IMG/VR virus record: IMGVR_UViG_3300032093_000026
From: an uncultured virus (IMG/VR IMGVR_UViG_3300032093_000026)
Taxonomy: Duplodnaviria; Heunggongvirae; Uroviricota; Caudoviricetes
Length of the DNA stretch: 64,000 bases
Strand: one strand, 5' to 3'
In this document: positions 18,195-26,794 of the stretch, piece after piece
Layout of the letters: each line of letters begins with the position of its first letter
How positions within the stretch are numbered: position 1 is the first letter of the stretch
Program-made: the position numbers and the translations under genes
The notes under the pieces: model-generated
Told to the model about the DNA's origin: nothing
The model's database searches: none
Seen by the model: the letters and a program-made list of their open reading frames with translations, nothing else

Positions 18195-18579
18195 TAAACC
18201 CAGAAAACCAAAAAAACCTGCAGTTCCTAAACCAAGAAACTCAGGTACTATGACTGAATCAGCATTCTGGAGTTTTATTAGAAGCGCACTACGACAAAAA
18301 AGTAGGTTCTGGAAACCTATTATGGAATGTAAAAAGAAAGCACGTAAAGCATACCAAGGACCAAATAAGAGACAAAAGTTTGAATATCAGTGTAACGAAT
18401 GTAAAAGTTGGTTTGCTGAGAAAAATGTAAATGTTGATCATATTGTTCCTGCTGGTAGTCTTAATTGTGCTAATGATCTTCCACAGTTTGTAGAAAGGCT
18501 TTTTTGTGAAATTGACAATCTACAGGTGCTCTGCCAACATTGCCATGATAAAAAAACAGCAAATGAAAAATCTAAATGA
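18172..18579 (+). CDS. HNH endonuclease
   Basis: CNEC, VDHIVP and NLQVLCQHCHDKKT. Confidence 0.9.
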   Translation: MKRKKTYSKPRKPKKPAVPKPRNSGTMTESAFWSFIRSALRQKSRFWKPIMECKKKARKAYQGPNKRQKFEYQCNECKSWFAEKNVNVDHIVPAGSLNCANDLPQFVERLFCEIDNLQVLCQHCHDKKTANEKSK

Positions 18580-18793
18580 TCTAAAGAAAGCTATAGAGGA
18601 TAAAGTTCCTCTTGTATGGAATGATCCAGATCCTATATCTGGTAATGATTACACTATAACTTATATAGAACCATTGACAGAAGATATAGATGACTATAGT
18701 CCTATTCTTATACAGTATGGTGAAGGTTCTGAAGCACAAGTGTATTTACACGAAATATTAGTTAAAACTAAAAATGAAAAAGATGGAAGATAA
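18563..18793 (+). CDS. Small hypothetical protein
   Basis: In-frame ATG at 18563 (MKNLNDLKK). Confidence 0.6.
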   Translation: MKNLNDLKKAIEDKVPLVWNDPDPISGNDYTITYIEPLTEDIDDYSPILIQYGEGSEAQVYLHEILVKTKNEKDGR

Positions 18794-18971
18794 ACATATG
18801 CAGTTATACCAAGAGTTAATTGATGAAGTAATAGCTGAAATACATCTTGGTTTACAAGAAAGAGATTTAGAAGCTATAGAAGAGCTTCTTAGATTTTGTC
18901 CTACAGAAAATTTAATAGGATACTTACCAGAAAGATTACATCTTAACTTTAAACCTTTATTAAATGAATAA
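18774..18971 (+). CDS. Small hypothetical protein
   Basis: Part of a chain of overlapping small ORFs. Confidence 0.55.
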   Translation: MKKMEDKHMQLYQELIDEVIAEIHLGLQERDLEAIEELLRFCPTENLIGYLPERLHLNFKPLLNE

Positions 18972-19176
18972 TGAAAAAGTAGAAAAGCATAAAGAGCTTT
19001 TGTTACAAATGTTTAAACTAAATAATGACTTAATTGATATACAAGAAGAGAAGTTTAAAATTCTTACAGATTTTTTAGAATATGAAGAAGCCCTTACAAA
19101 AGACAAGGATACAGCATCCAGAATTAAAACACTATTAACAACTATAGGTATATGGCAGACTTCCACAACACAGTAA
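18964..19176 (+). CDS. Small hypothetical protein
   Basis: Part of a chain of overlapping small ORFs. Confidence 0.55.
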   Translation: MNNEKVEKHKELLLQMFKLNNDLIDIQEEKFKILTDFLEYEEALTKDKDTASRIKTLLTTIGIWQTSTTQ

Positions 19177-19364
19177 TGGGAAAGAAATTCTATCAACATG
19201 ATGTGCCTGAATTAATTCATCAGCTTACAAGAATAGCTGATGCTTTACAAGCAGGTAAAAAAGATCAAGAAGTGGGTTCAAGTTTTAGTGCAGTAAAAAC
19301 ATATATTCAAAACTTTCCTAATGATGCAGATTTAGGAAAACAAATTAGAGCAATATGGAGTTAG
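19152..19364 (+). CDS. Small hypothetical protein
   Basis: FHNTVMGKKFY...PNDADLGKQIR. Confidence 0.6.
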   Translation: MADFHNTVMGKKFYQHDVPELIHQLTRIADALQAGKKDQEVGSSFSAVKTYIQNFPNDADLGKQIRAIWS

Positions 19365-20386
19365 AAACATTGATGACTGAAGAAAATATTAAAAGTTTAG
19401 AAAATGATTTTTATTCTAAACCTTTTCAATTTTCTTATAGTAGTTTAAATAAGCTTATGTGGAATCCACAGGCTTTTTATCAAATGTATGTATTAGGAAA
19501 TAGAGAGGAGAAAACTGAATCTTATCTCGTTAATGGTAAGGTGATTCATTGTCTTCTTTTAGAACCAGCAAAGTTTGATGAGCAATTTATTGTAAGTCCT
19601 ACAACATTACCTACAGGTAATACAAAAACTGTAGTTGATGCTGTATTTAGACATGCTGTAGAACTTCAAAAACAAGGTGATCAAAGAACAGAGTTTGTAG
19701 ATTTTGCTGACGCTGTATTGGATGTATTAGCTGATATGAATTTACATCAAACACTTAAGACAGATCAACAGCGTATAGATAAAATATACACTAGTGACGC
19801 AATAAGTTATTGGGATTTTCTCAAATCGAAAGGTGCAAAAACACTTATTGATTATGATACACACCAGTTTTGCAAAACTGCAGTTGATCTTATTAAAACT
19901 GATAACAATATCTGTTCTTTAATTGGATGTAATGTTACAGAATTTGATGGTAAAGATGTTTATAATGAACTACCTTTGTCTGTAAATATAAATCACAGAG
20001 CTTTTGGTTTAAAAGGTATTATTGATAATGTAGTAGTTGATCATAATAGTAAAACTATTTTTGTTAATGATATTAAAACTTCAAGTAAAGATTTAAAAGA
20101 TTTTACAGAATCTGTTGATTTCTATAACTATTGGCTTCAAGCTGCAATTTATTCTAGTTTAATTGGAATTAAATTCTTAAATTTAATTGAAGGAGGATAC
20201 GAAGTGAAGTTTAACTTTATTGTTATTGATAGAAGTTTTCAAACGTATTCTTTTTATGTTACACCAGATACTATGAATAAATGGATTACAAAACTAGGAG
20301 AAACTTTACATAAAGCAGATTGGCATTATACTAATAAGAACTATACACTTCCATATGAATTTGCAATAGGTAAAGTGACTCTATAA
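19355..20386 (+). CDS. PD-(D/E)XK exonuclease (RecE/RecB-like)
   Basis: SYSSLNK, GKVIHCLLLEP, KGIID, DIKTS and YWLQAAIY. Confidence 0.85.
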   Translation: MELETLMTEENIKSLENDFYSKPFQFSYSSLNKLMWNPQAFYQMYVLGNREEKTESYLVNGKVIHCLLLEPAKFDEQFIVSPTTLPTGNTKTVVDAVFRHAVELQKQGDQRTEFVDFADAVLDVLADMNLHQTLKTDQQRIDKIYTSDAISYWDFLKSKGAKTLIDYDTHQFCKTAVDLIKTDNNICSLIGCNVTEFDGKDVYNELPLSVNINHRAFGLKGIIDNVVVDHNSKTIFVNDIKTSSKDLKDFTESVDFYNYWLQAAIYSSLIGIKFLNLIEGGYEVKFNFIVIDRSFQTYSFYVTPDTMNKWITKLGETLHKADWHYTNKNYTLPYEFAIGKVTL

Positions 20387-20396
20387 ATTAGAGAAC

Positions 20397-20966
20397 ATGA
20401 TTAAACGCATATACAGTAAATATTTTCAAAAATCAAAGTCTTTTTTGTATCCTATTCTTGGTATAAAAAAGAATGATAAATTTTCACCTGTAAGTACACA
20501 TCTTGCAATAGAAGGTATGTATGAACCAGGTGATGTAAAATTTATCTGTGTTTTTGATAATATTGATACAGAAGCATTTAAGTACTTTGAAACAAAAATG
20601 TTAATAGAAAACCCTCTGTTTCATGAAAAACTAACAGATGGTAGTCGTAACATATATGTGTTTGATTATGAAATATATGCAAATGACTGGTTTAATTTTA
20701 TTCTTGGTAAATACTCAAAACTATCAAATGTGGTCAAAAGAGCTATAAAAGCTTATTATGGTGATAAAACTCCAGAATTTCAATATATGGATAGTTATAT
20801 CAATCCTAATGAGTATTATAGTAAATATGCTGAATTATTGGATGTTAGTATTGATGATTTACGTGCTGGTGTTGAATTGTGCGATCCTTGTGATTTAGAA
20901 AGAGAAACTTTAAAATTAAATCGAGAAAGTTTAGACGAATTATCAAAAAACTATTTAAGTTTGTAA
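20397..20966 (+). CDS. Hypothetical protein
   Basis: 189-aa ORF (FLYPILG...GKYSKLS). Confidence 0.7.
   Translation: MIKRIYSKYFQKSKSFLYPILGIKKNDKFSPVSTHLAIEGMYEPGDVKFICVFDNIDTEAFKYFETKMLIENPLFHEKLTDGSRNIYVFDYEIYANDWFNFILGKYSKLSNVVKRAIKAYYGDKTPEFQYMDSYINPNEYYSKYAELLDVSIDDLRAGVELCDPCDLERETLKLNRESLDELSKNYLSL
20956..20963 (+). promoter_or_regulatory. Possible -7 promoter element TAAGTTTG
   Basis: Matches TAnnTTTG, 15 nt upstream of the ATG at 20979. Confidence 0.4.
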
Positions 20967-20978
20967 AAAATAAAACAT

Positions 20979-21389
20979 ATGTTAAATTCAATGCTTCTAA
21001 TTACAGCAAACTGGAACAATAGAAAAAGTTTCAGAATGATTCCTTTCAGCAATGATTGTATTTATAACGAATGTATATTCGATTTAGATACAAAAGTTCT
21101 TGCTGTTATTGGTAAAGAAAAAAAAGAAAGTTTTCACATGCTTCCTAAGCTCAATGAGTTTGGTGATTTGCAAAGAATGAAAATTGGTAAAAGAGAAAAT
21201 GGGAAAGATTATGCTGAAGAACGCAAATCTTTAGAAACATTTTACGAATATTACATTGAAGATATGAATGAAATTGAAGAATTTATCAAGTTAGTTGCAA
21301 GCAACTCAGATACATTTGATTTTAAAACATATCTTAATGCTGAACTTACTACTAGTACAGCTAGTGGTATTTTTGCACCAACTTTATAA
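20979..21389 (+). CDS. Hypothetical protein
   Basis: 136-aa ORF. Confidence 0.7.
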   Translation: MLNSMLLITANWNNRKSFRMIPFSNDCIYNECIFDLDTKVLAVIGKEKKESFHMLPKLNEFGDLQRMKIGKRENGKDYAEERKSLETFYEYYIEDMNEIEEFIKLVASNSDTFDFKTYLNAELTTSTASGIFAPTL

Positions 21390-21406
21390 ATAGATACTAT
21401 AATATT

Positions 21407-21435
21407 AAAAGCGCAGCTTTGTCTGCGCTTTTTTT
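21407..21435 (+). terminator. Terminator hairpin
   Basis: AAAAGCGCAG-CTTTGT-CTGCGCTTTTTTT. Confidence 0.8.
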
Positions 21436-21475
21436 ATCTTTAATGGGGAAACAGCTTAACTGAATACTATTTAAT

Positions 21476-23416
21476 ATGGCAGAAGAAATAAAAATAGGAA
21501 GACATTGGGTTATGGACTATGAAACTATTTGTAATTGTTTCATTGGTGTATTTACTCATTATAAAAAAGATGAAACAAAAGTGTTTGTTGTTTGCGAACA
21601 GCAAAATGACTTTCCTGAACTTGTTTCTTTTCTACAAGACTGTGTTAATAAAAATCAATGGCATATATCTTATAACGGTTTAAACTTTGATGCTCAGATA
21701 TCTCAATATATTCTTGATGTACATACTAAATTAGCTCAACTAGATGGTGAATCTATCGCAAAAGCTATATATAAATTTGCACAAGAAACTATAGAAAAAA
21801 CAGATAGAAATGAGTTTGCTACATATCCACCATCTAAACTAAAAATTAGACAAATTGATTTATTTAAAATGAATCACTGGGATAATAAAGCAAAGATGTC
21901 TAGCTTAAAGTGGATACAATACTCTATGGACTGGAACAATGTAGAAGAGATGCCACATCCACATAACAAAGCTGTGACAGATCTTCACACTTTGGATTCT
22001 GTAATTAAGTATTGTATTAATGATGTGAACTCTACTAAGCAAATTCTAGATCATTCTAAAGAACAAATACAATTGCGCCAAACACTCACTAAAGAGTATG
22101 GTATTGATTTGTATTCAGCGTCTGAGCCACGCATTTCTAAAGAATTATTTCTTCATTTTCTTAGTAAAAAGCTTAAGTGGAATAAGTCTGAGATTAAAGT
22201 ATTACGTACAAAACGACAAACTATTTCCTTAAGTGAATGTATTTTGCCTTATGTTAAATTTAGCACGCCTGAATTTAATAGTGTATTAGATTATTTTAGA
22301 ACAAAGATTATATCTTCTACAAAAGATGGTTTTAAACACACTATTAAATACAAAGGTGTAAAAACAGACTATGGTTTAGGTGGTATCCATGGTGCGATTG
22401 ATTCTGGAGTATATGAAGCTAAACCAGGATGGACAATAATGACATCTGACGTTACTAGTTTCTATCCTAATCTAGCTATTAAAAATGGATTTCATCCAGC
22501 ACACTTACCTCAAAGCGAGTTTTGTGAGCTGTATGAGTGGTTCTTTGAAGAGAGAAAGAAAATACCAAAGTCTGATCCTAAAAACTATGTATATAAGATT
22601 ATTCTTAACTCCACATATGGTTTGACTGGCGATGAAAATAGTTTTCTGTATGACCCAAAGATGACAATGCAGATCACTATAAATGGTCAGTTATTATTAA
22701 GCATGTTATATGAAATGTTGTGTGATAATATCCCAGAGGCTAAACCTTTAATGCAAAATACAGATGGTCTTGAGATGATGATTCCTGTAGAGAAAATACC
22801 TGTATACATGAAAGTGTGTGAGCAATGGGAAAAACTAACACAACTTAGCCTAGAGCATGATGAATATACCAAAATGATTATTGGTGATGTAAATAATTAC
22901 ATTGCTATACACAAAAATGGTAAAACAAAGTGCAAAGGTAGATTTGAATGGGATGACTTAGAAAAAAAGAAAGTGAGTGTGTTTCACAAGAATAAAAGCT
23001 TTCTAATTATTCCCAAGGCGATTTATGCTTATTTTACACAGGGGATTCTTCCTGAAGACTTTCTAGAGCAAAACCAAAATATCTATGATTATTGTGGTGC
23101 TGTAAAAGCAAAAGGTGGATGGCATTTTGAAGAAAGAAATATTATAGATGGTAACTTATCAAACAAAAGACTTCAGAAGATTGTTAGATATTATATATCT
23201 AATACAGGAGGAAAGCTAGTAAAATGCCATAATGATGGTAGAGAAATACAGGTTGAAGCTGGTCAGTGGCTTCAAACTACTATAAATCAAATGACTGACA
23301 AACCTTTTAATCAATATGATATAGATCTTAGTTACTATGTTGAGAGTATCTATAAAGAGATAACTCAAATAGAAAAAGTAAGACCTAAAGCATATTATCA
23401 ACTTTCACTTTTTTAA
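21476..23416 (+). CDS. polB: DNA polymerase family B with 3'-5' exonuclease domain
   Basis: Exonuclease motifs DYET, YNGLNFD and YCIND; polymerase motifs DVTSFYP, KIILNSTYG and NTDG. Confidence 0.93.
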   Translation: MAEEIKIGRHWVMDYETICNCFIGVFTHYKKDETKVFVVCEQQNDFPELVSFLQDCVNKNQWHISYNGLNFDAQISQYILDVHTKLAQLDGESIAKAIYKFAQETIEKTDRNEFATYPPSKLKIRQIDLFKMNHWDNKAKMSSLKWIQYSMDWNNVEEMPHPHNKAVTDLHTLDSVIKYCINDVNSTKQILDHSKEQIQLRQTLTKEYGIDLYSASEPRISKELFLHFLSKKLKWNKSEIKVLRTKRQTISLSECILPYVKFSTPEFNSVLDYFRTKIISSTKDGFKHTIKYKGVKTDYGLGGIHGAIDSGVYEAKPGWTIMTSDVTSFYPNLAIKNGFHPAHLPQSEFCELYEWFFEERKKIPKSDPKNYVYKIILNSTYGLTGDENSFLYDPKMTMQITINGQLLLSMLYEMLCDNIPEAKPLMQNTDGLEMMIPVEKIPVYMKVCEQWEKLTQLSLEHDEYTKMIIGDVNNYIAIHKNGKTKCKGRFEWDDLEKKKVSVFHKNKSFLIIPKAIYAYFTQGILPEDFLEQNQNIYDYCGAVKAKGGWHFEERNIIDGNLSNKRLQKIVRYYISNTGGKLVKCHNDGREIQVEAGQWLQTTINQMTDKPFNQYDIDLSYYVESIYKEITQIEKVRPKAYYQLSLF

Positions 23417-23426
23417 AAATTTAAAA

Positions 23427-24233
23427 ATGGCTGCAAATACTCAATTTGTAACAGAAGCAATTGTAAGAAATGCGACTCTACCTAACCATGGTGGGCGCTA
23501 TAGTGTTATACCTCACGGTTTTGTTATTGATCAAACTCGTAATCAATTATCAAGTCTTGGTATAGGTATAAAAAATGAATTATATAAGATTAATAAAGAT
23601 GGGCAAATTGCTCAAGGTATTTATCATTTGGATGTACAAAATGATCCAGAAATGGGTATGATGTTTGCTTGGTCTAACAGCTATAATAAAATGATGAAAT
23701 TTAAGTGTGCTGTTGGTGCTCAAGTGTTTATTTGTATGAATGGTATGGTTGCAGGTGATATGGCTAGCTATGCAAGAAAGCATGTAGGTCAAACTGCTAT
23801 GAACGATGCTATTCAAAATATCCAAACACAGCTTACTTCAGCTAATACATTTTATACAAGGTTAATAGAAGACAAAAATATGCTTAAAAACATATCTTTG
23901 TCTAGAAAAGAGCAGTCATCACTGGTAGGTAGACTCTTCTGTGACGAAGAAATTCTTACACCTACACAAACAAGTATAGTTAAAAAAGAAATCCACAATC
24001 CAAGTTTTAACTATAATTGTTCAAATGATTCTGCGTGGGCATTGTATAATCACGTAACTTTGGCATTGAAGGAGTCTCACCCAATTACGTATCTTTCTGA
24101 CCATCAGAAAGTGCATGATTTCTTTGTAAACGAATTTGGTCAATTGGTTACTCCACAAATTATGGATGAGCAGTTGATTGAGGAAGTTGCAAATGAAATT
24201 GAAGCAGACGTTCTTGGTGTAAATTTCTTATAA
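23427..24233 (+). CDS. DUF932-like protein
   Basis: NSYNK...GAQVFICMNGM...KH and SAWALYNHVT..K. Confidence 0.7.
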   Translation: MAANTQFVTEAIVRNATLPNHGGRYSVIPHGFVIDQTRNQLSSLGIGIKNELYKINKDGQIAQGIYHLDVQNDPEMGMMFAWSNSYNKMMKFKCAVGAQVFICMNGMVAGDMASYARKHVGQTAMNDAIQNIQTQLTSANTFYTRLIEDKNMLKNISLSRKEQSSLVGRLFCDEEILTPTQTSIVKKEIHNPSFNYNCSNDSAWALYNHVTLALKESHPITYLSDHQKVHDFFVNEFGQLVTPQIMDEQLIEEVANEIEADVLGVNFL

Positions 24234-24253
24234 GAAAAAAACCAACAAAAGAG

Positions 24254-24287
24254 AGGGGGTGTCAATTTTGGCACCCCTAATTTTTTG
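24254..24287 (+). terminator. Terminator hairpin
   Basis: GGGGTGTCA-ATTT-TGGCACCCC then TAATTTTTT. Confidence 0.7.
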
Positions 24288-24328
24288 TATTATTAAAACC
24301 TATTTGTAATTTTATAAAAATAAATTTT

Positions 24329-25048
24329 ATGGCATTAATAGGTATTAATGGATACGCAAATTCAGGCAAAGACGCTGTTGGAATTATAATTCAATATTTA
24401 AATTGCACTAATGTAGGTAATTTAACAATTGAAGATGTAATAGAAGACTATGAAGCTCATCAGTGGTGGTTAGAAGAACAATCTGAATGGGAAATTAAAA
24501 AGTACGCAGGTAAGCTTAAAGATATAGCTAGTCATTTAACTGGAATACCTATTGAAGATTTTGAAGATCAAGAATTTAAAAAACAAAATCTTGGACCACA
24601 ATGGACTATTCACGGAATGCCTATGACTGTTAGACAATTTTTACAAAGGCTTGGTACAGATGCATTAAGAGATGGTCTTCATACAAATGTATGGGTAAAT
24701 GCTTTGTTTGCTGATTATCTTCCTTTAGAAGAAGAAGAGAATGTATTTAACAATCAATCAAAAACTATATTTGATGATGTAATTAAAAAAGTTACCTACC
24801 CTAATTGGGTTATTACAGATGTAAGATTTATCAATGAGGCAAAAGCTATTAAAGATAGAGGAGGTATTATTATTAGAATAGATAGACCTGGTGTTACAGC
24901 AATAAACAATCATCCATCTGAAACTGATTTAGACAATTGGAAATTTGATTATAAAATTGTAAATAATTCTGATTTAATATCTTTAAAGTTTAATGTAAAA
25001 AACATATTAGAGCATGCTACATTATCAAAAAAAGAAAAAGTATTATAA
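24329..25048 (+). CDS. Deoxynucleoside monophosphate kinase
   Basis: GYANSGKD, RQFLQRLGTD, ITDVRFINE and HPSE. Confidence 0.9.
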   Translation: MALIGINGYANSGKDAVGIIIQYLNCTNVGNLTIEDVIEDYEAHQWWLEEQSEWEIKKYAGKLKDIASHLTGIPIEDFEDQEFKKQNLGPQWTIHGMPMTVRQFLQRLGTDALRDGLHTNVWVNALFADYLPLEEEENVFNNQSKTIFDDVIKKVTYPNWVITDVRFINEAKAIKDRGGIIIRIDRPGVTAINNHPSETDLDNWKFDYKIVNNSDLISLKFNVKNILEHATLSKKEKVL

Positions 25049-25432
25049 ATGGATTACAGATGTAAATGTCCTTTTTGTAAAAAACCAGATTGGATAAGTG
25101 TAGAAGATTATATTATTGAACTTTCTAAATTTTTAGGATATCCTAAATGCTGCACTAAACAATATTTAAAAGATAGATTAGAAAAAAAAGAATATTTTAA
25201 TTGTTTTAGAACAAAAGCTGCTTTACGAATAAACAAGCTTTGTTCTTTTGATGCAGGATTTGTTCCTTGTAATTATCATGCTAGTAAAATTCTTTTTGAA
25301 AAGAAAAACTATAAAAGAATTTTTCGAAATAGGATATGCAGCACAGCTTTTCCATATGCTAGTACAGAAGAATTAAAAAGATATCTAAAAAAAATTAAAA
25401 AGAACTATGCAAATAATAAAGCAAAAAACTAA
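25049..25432 (+). CDS. Cys-rich hypothetical protein
   Basis: CKCPFC, LGYPKCC and FVPCNYH. Confidence 0.65.
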   Translation: MDYRCKCPFCKKPDWISVEDYIIELSKFLGYPKCCTKQYLKDRLEKKEYFNCFRTKAALRINKLCSFDAGFVPCNYHASKILFEKKNYKRIFRNRICSTAFPYASTEELKRYLKKIKKNYANNKAKN

Positions 25433-26258
25433 AACTCTTACAACAAGAGATAATGGGAGAAGTTCAGATGCAATTTCTCCCAATTTTATCTATGGTTGTT
25501 TAGGAGGATGTATGAAATCTTATTGTTATGTAGGTAGATATAATAATGATAAAGTGTATATTAATGAAAACACAAATCATATTCTTCATTCCATGAAGAA
25601 CTGGATGGAAAAACAACCATGGCCCAAGGTTCCTAATCAAGTAGATGATAAATATTATACTATAGATATAGGTTGTAGTACAGATGTGGCTCTTATGAGT
25701 AAACATTATGACTGGCAAAAAGTATTTGATTTTTTTAATTTCTTTCCTAAAGTTAAAAGCACTTTTGCCACTAAGTATCCATCAATGTTTGATCCTACTA
25801 AATATAACCTAGACCCTTGGAAACATAGAATTAGAGTGAGTTTAATGCCTCAGAAGTATAGTAATGTACTAGAACCTAACACTGATCTTATATCTGATCG
25901 CATACAATCTATACCAAGACTGGAGAAATATATGGAAGTGCATATAAATTTCAGTCCTATTATCTTCCATGATGGGTGGTTATATGAATATGACGAATTG
26001 TTTAGAGAAATAGCATATTCAGGTATTGATGTAAAGTGTGAGTGTATTTTTCTTACGTATAACGATATACAACGTGAAAGAAATGAACCTATTGTAAATC
26101 ATTTATGTTGGAAGCCAGAAATACAAGAAAAGAAAGATTCACAATATGCGCCAGATAATATTAGATATAAATGGAATCTTAAAAGAGATATGATTGCAGA
26201 GTTTACAGGTTTATATTCTAGATACTTTGATCCAGCAAACATTAGATATATATTTTAA
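25407..26258 (+). CDS. Spore photoproduct lyase-like radical SAM protein
   Basis: RDNGRSSD..SP..YGCLGGCMKSYCYV, IGCSTD, FATK, RIRVSL and INFSPII. Confidence 0.8.
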   Translation: MQIIKQKTKTLTTRDNGRSSDAISPNFIYGCLGGCMKSYCYVGRYNNDKVYINENTNHILHSMKNWMEKQPWPKVPNQVDDKYYTIDIGCSTDVALMSKHYDWQKVFDFFNFFPKVKSTFATKYPSMFDPTKYNLDPWKHRIRVSLMPQKYSNVLEPNTDLISDRIQSIPRLEKYMEVHINFSPIIFHDGWLYEYDELFREIAYSGIDVKCECIFLTYNDIQRERNEPIVNHLCWKPEIQEKKDSQYAPDNIRYKWNLKRDMIAEFTGLYSRYFDPANIRYIF

Positions 26259-26260
26259 TT

Positions 26261-26602
26261 ATGAAACAAAAACCATTAACAAGAGATTTTCTATTAAGCA
26301 GAGGATTCTGTTGTAATAATGGTTGTAGAAATTGTCCTTATATGATAGCAAGTAAAACAGATACAGAGATTACAGAAGGTGAAGAAACATTCTGTATGTT
26401 TAAATTAGGAATGGAAGGTTCCTATATGACATCTTTAATAAATACAATATTTAAAGGTGATATGAATCATAGATTTAAATTAGCTAAAGGTTATCCTGAA
26501 TTAGTAGAAGTATGTAACAAATACAATAATGAGTCAGGATACTGGCAGGAGTTAGTAGAAAGATGGAACAAAAAATATCCAACGCATAAATTATATGCAT
26601 AA
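26261..26602 (+). CDS. Protein with N-terminal Cys-rich DUF5522-like domain
   Basis: LLSRGFCCNNGCRNCPY. Confidence 0.65.
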   Translation: MKQKPLTRDFLLSRGFCCNNGCRNCPYMIASKTDTEITEGEETFCMFKLGMEGSYMTSLINTIFKGDMNHRFKLAKGYPELVEVCNKYNNESGYWQELVERWNKKYPTHKLYA

Positions 26603-26612
26603 AATTTAAAAA

Positions 26613-26765
26613 ATGAGTATACAATTTGAAATTTTCTCTAGAGATAGAGCATTATTAGGATTTTCTTACAATAGAGGATCTGCAACTTCTAAAAATAAAC
26701 GGGTTATTTTTCATGAATTTGGCGTTGGTGTTTTAGTAATAAATTTTTATATAACATTCTTTTAA
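26613..26765 (+). CDS. 50-aa micro-ORF ending in Phe
   Basis: Hand translation MSIQFEIFSRDRALLGFSYNRG...FHEFGVGVLVINFYITFF; ends right at the terminator. Confidence 0.6.
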   Translation: MSIQFEIFSRDRALLGFSYNRGSATSKNKRVIFHEFGVGVLVINFYITFF

Positions 26766-26794
26766 AAAAAAGAGGAGATTTTCTCCTCTTTTTT
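26764..26794. terminator. Bidirectional terminator between replication and cargo blocks
   Basis: AAAAAAGAGGAGA-TTT-TCTCCTCTTTTTT. Confidence 0.85.

Noticed and set aside
18172..18579. HNH gene as an intron-encoded homing endonuclease
   Set aside because: The flanking primase appears complete and no interrupted gene or intron structure is visible.
21443..21470. GGGGAAACAGCTTAACTG resembles a tRNA 5' end
   Set aside because: There is no anticodon arm, T-arm or acceptor complement before the polB ATG.
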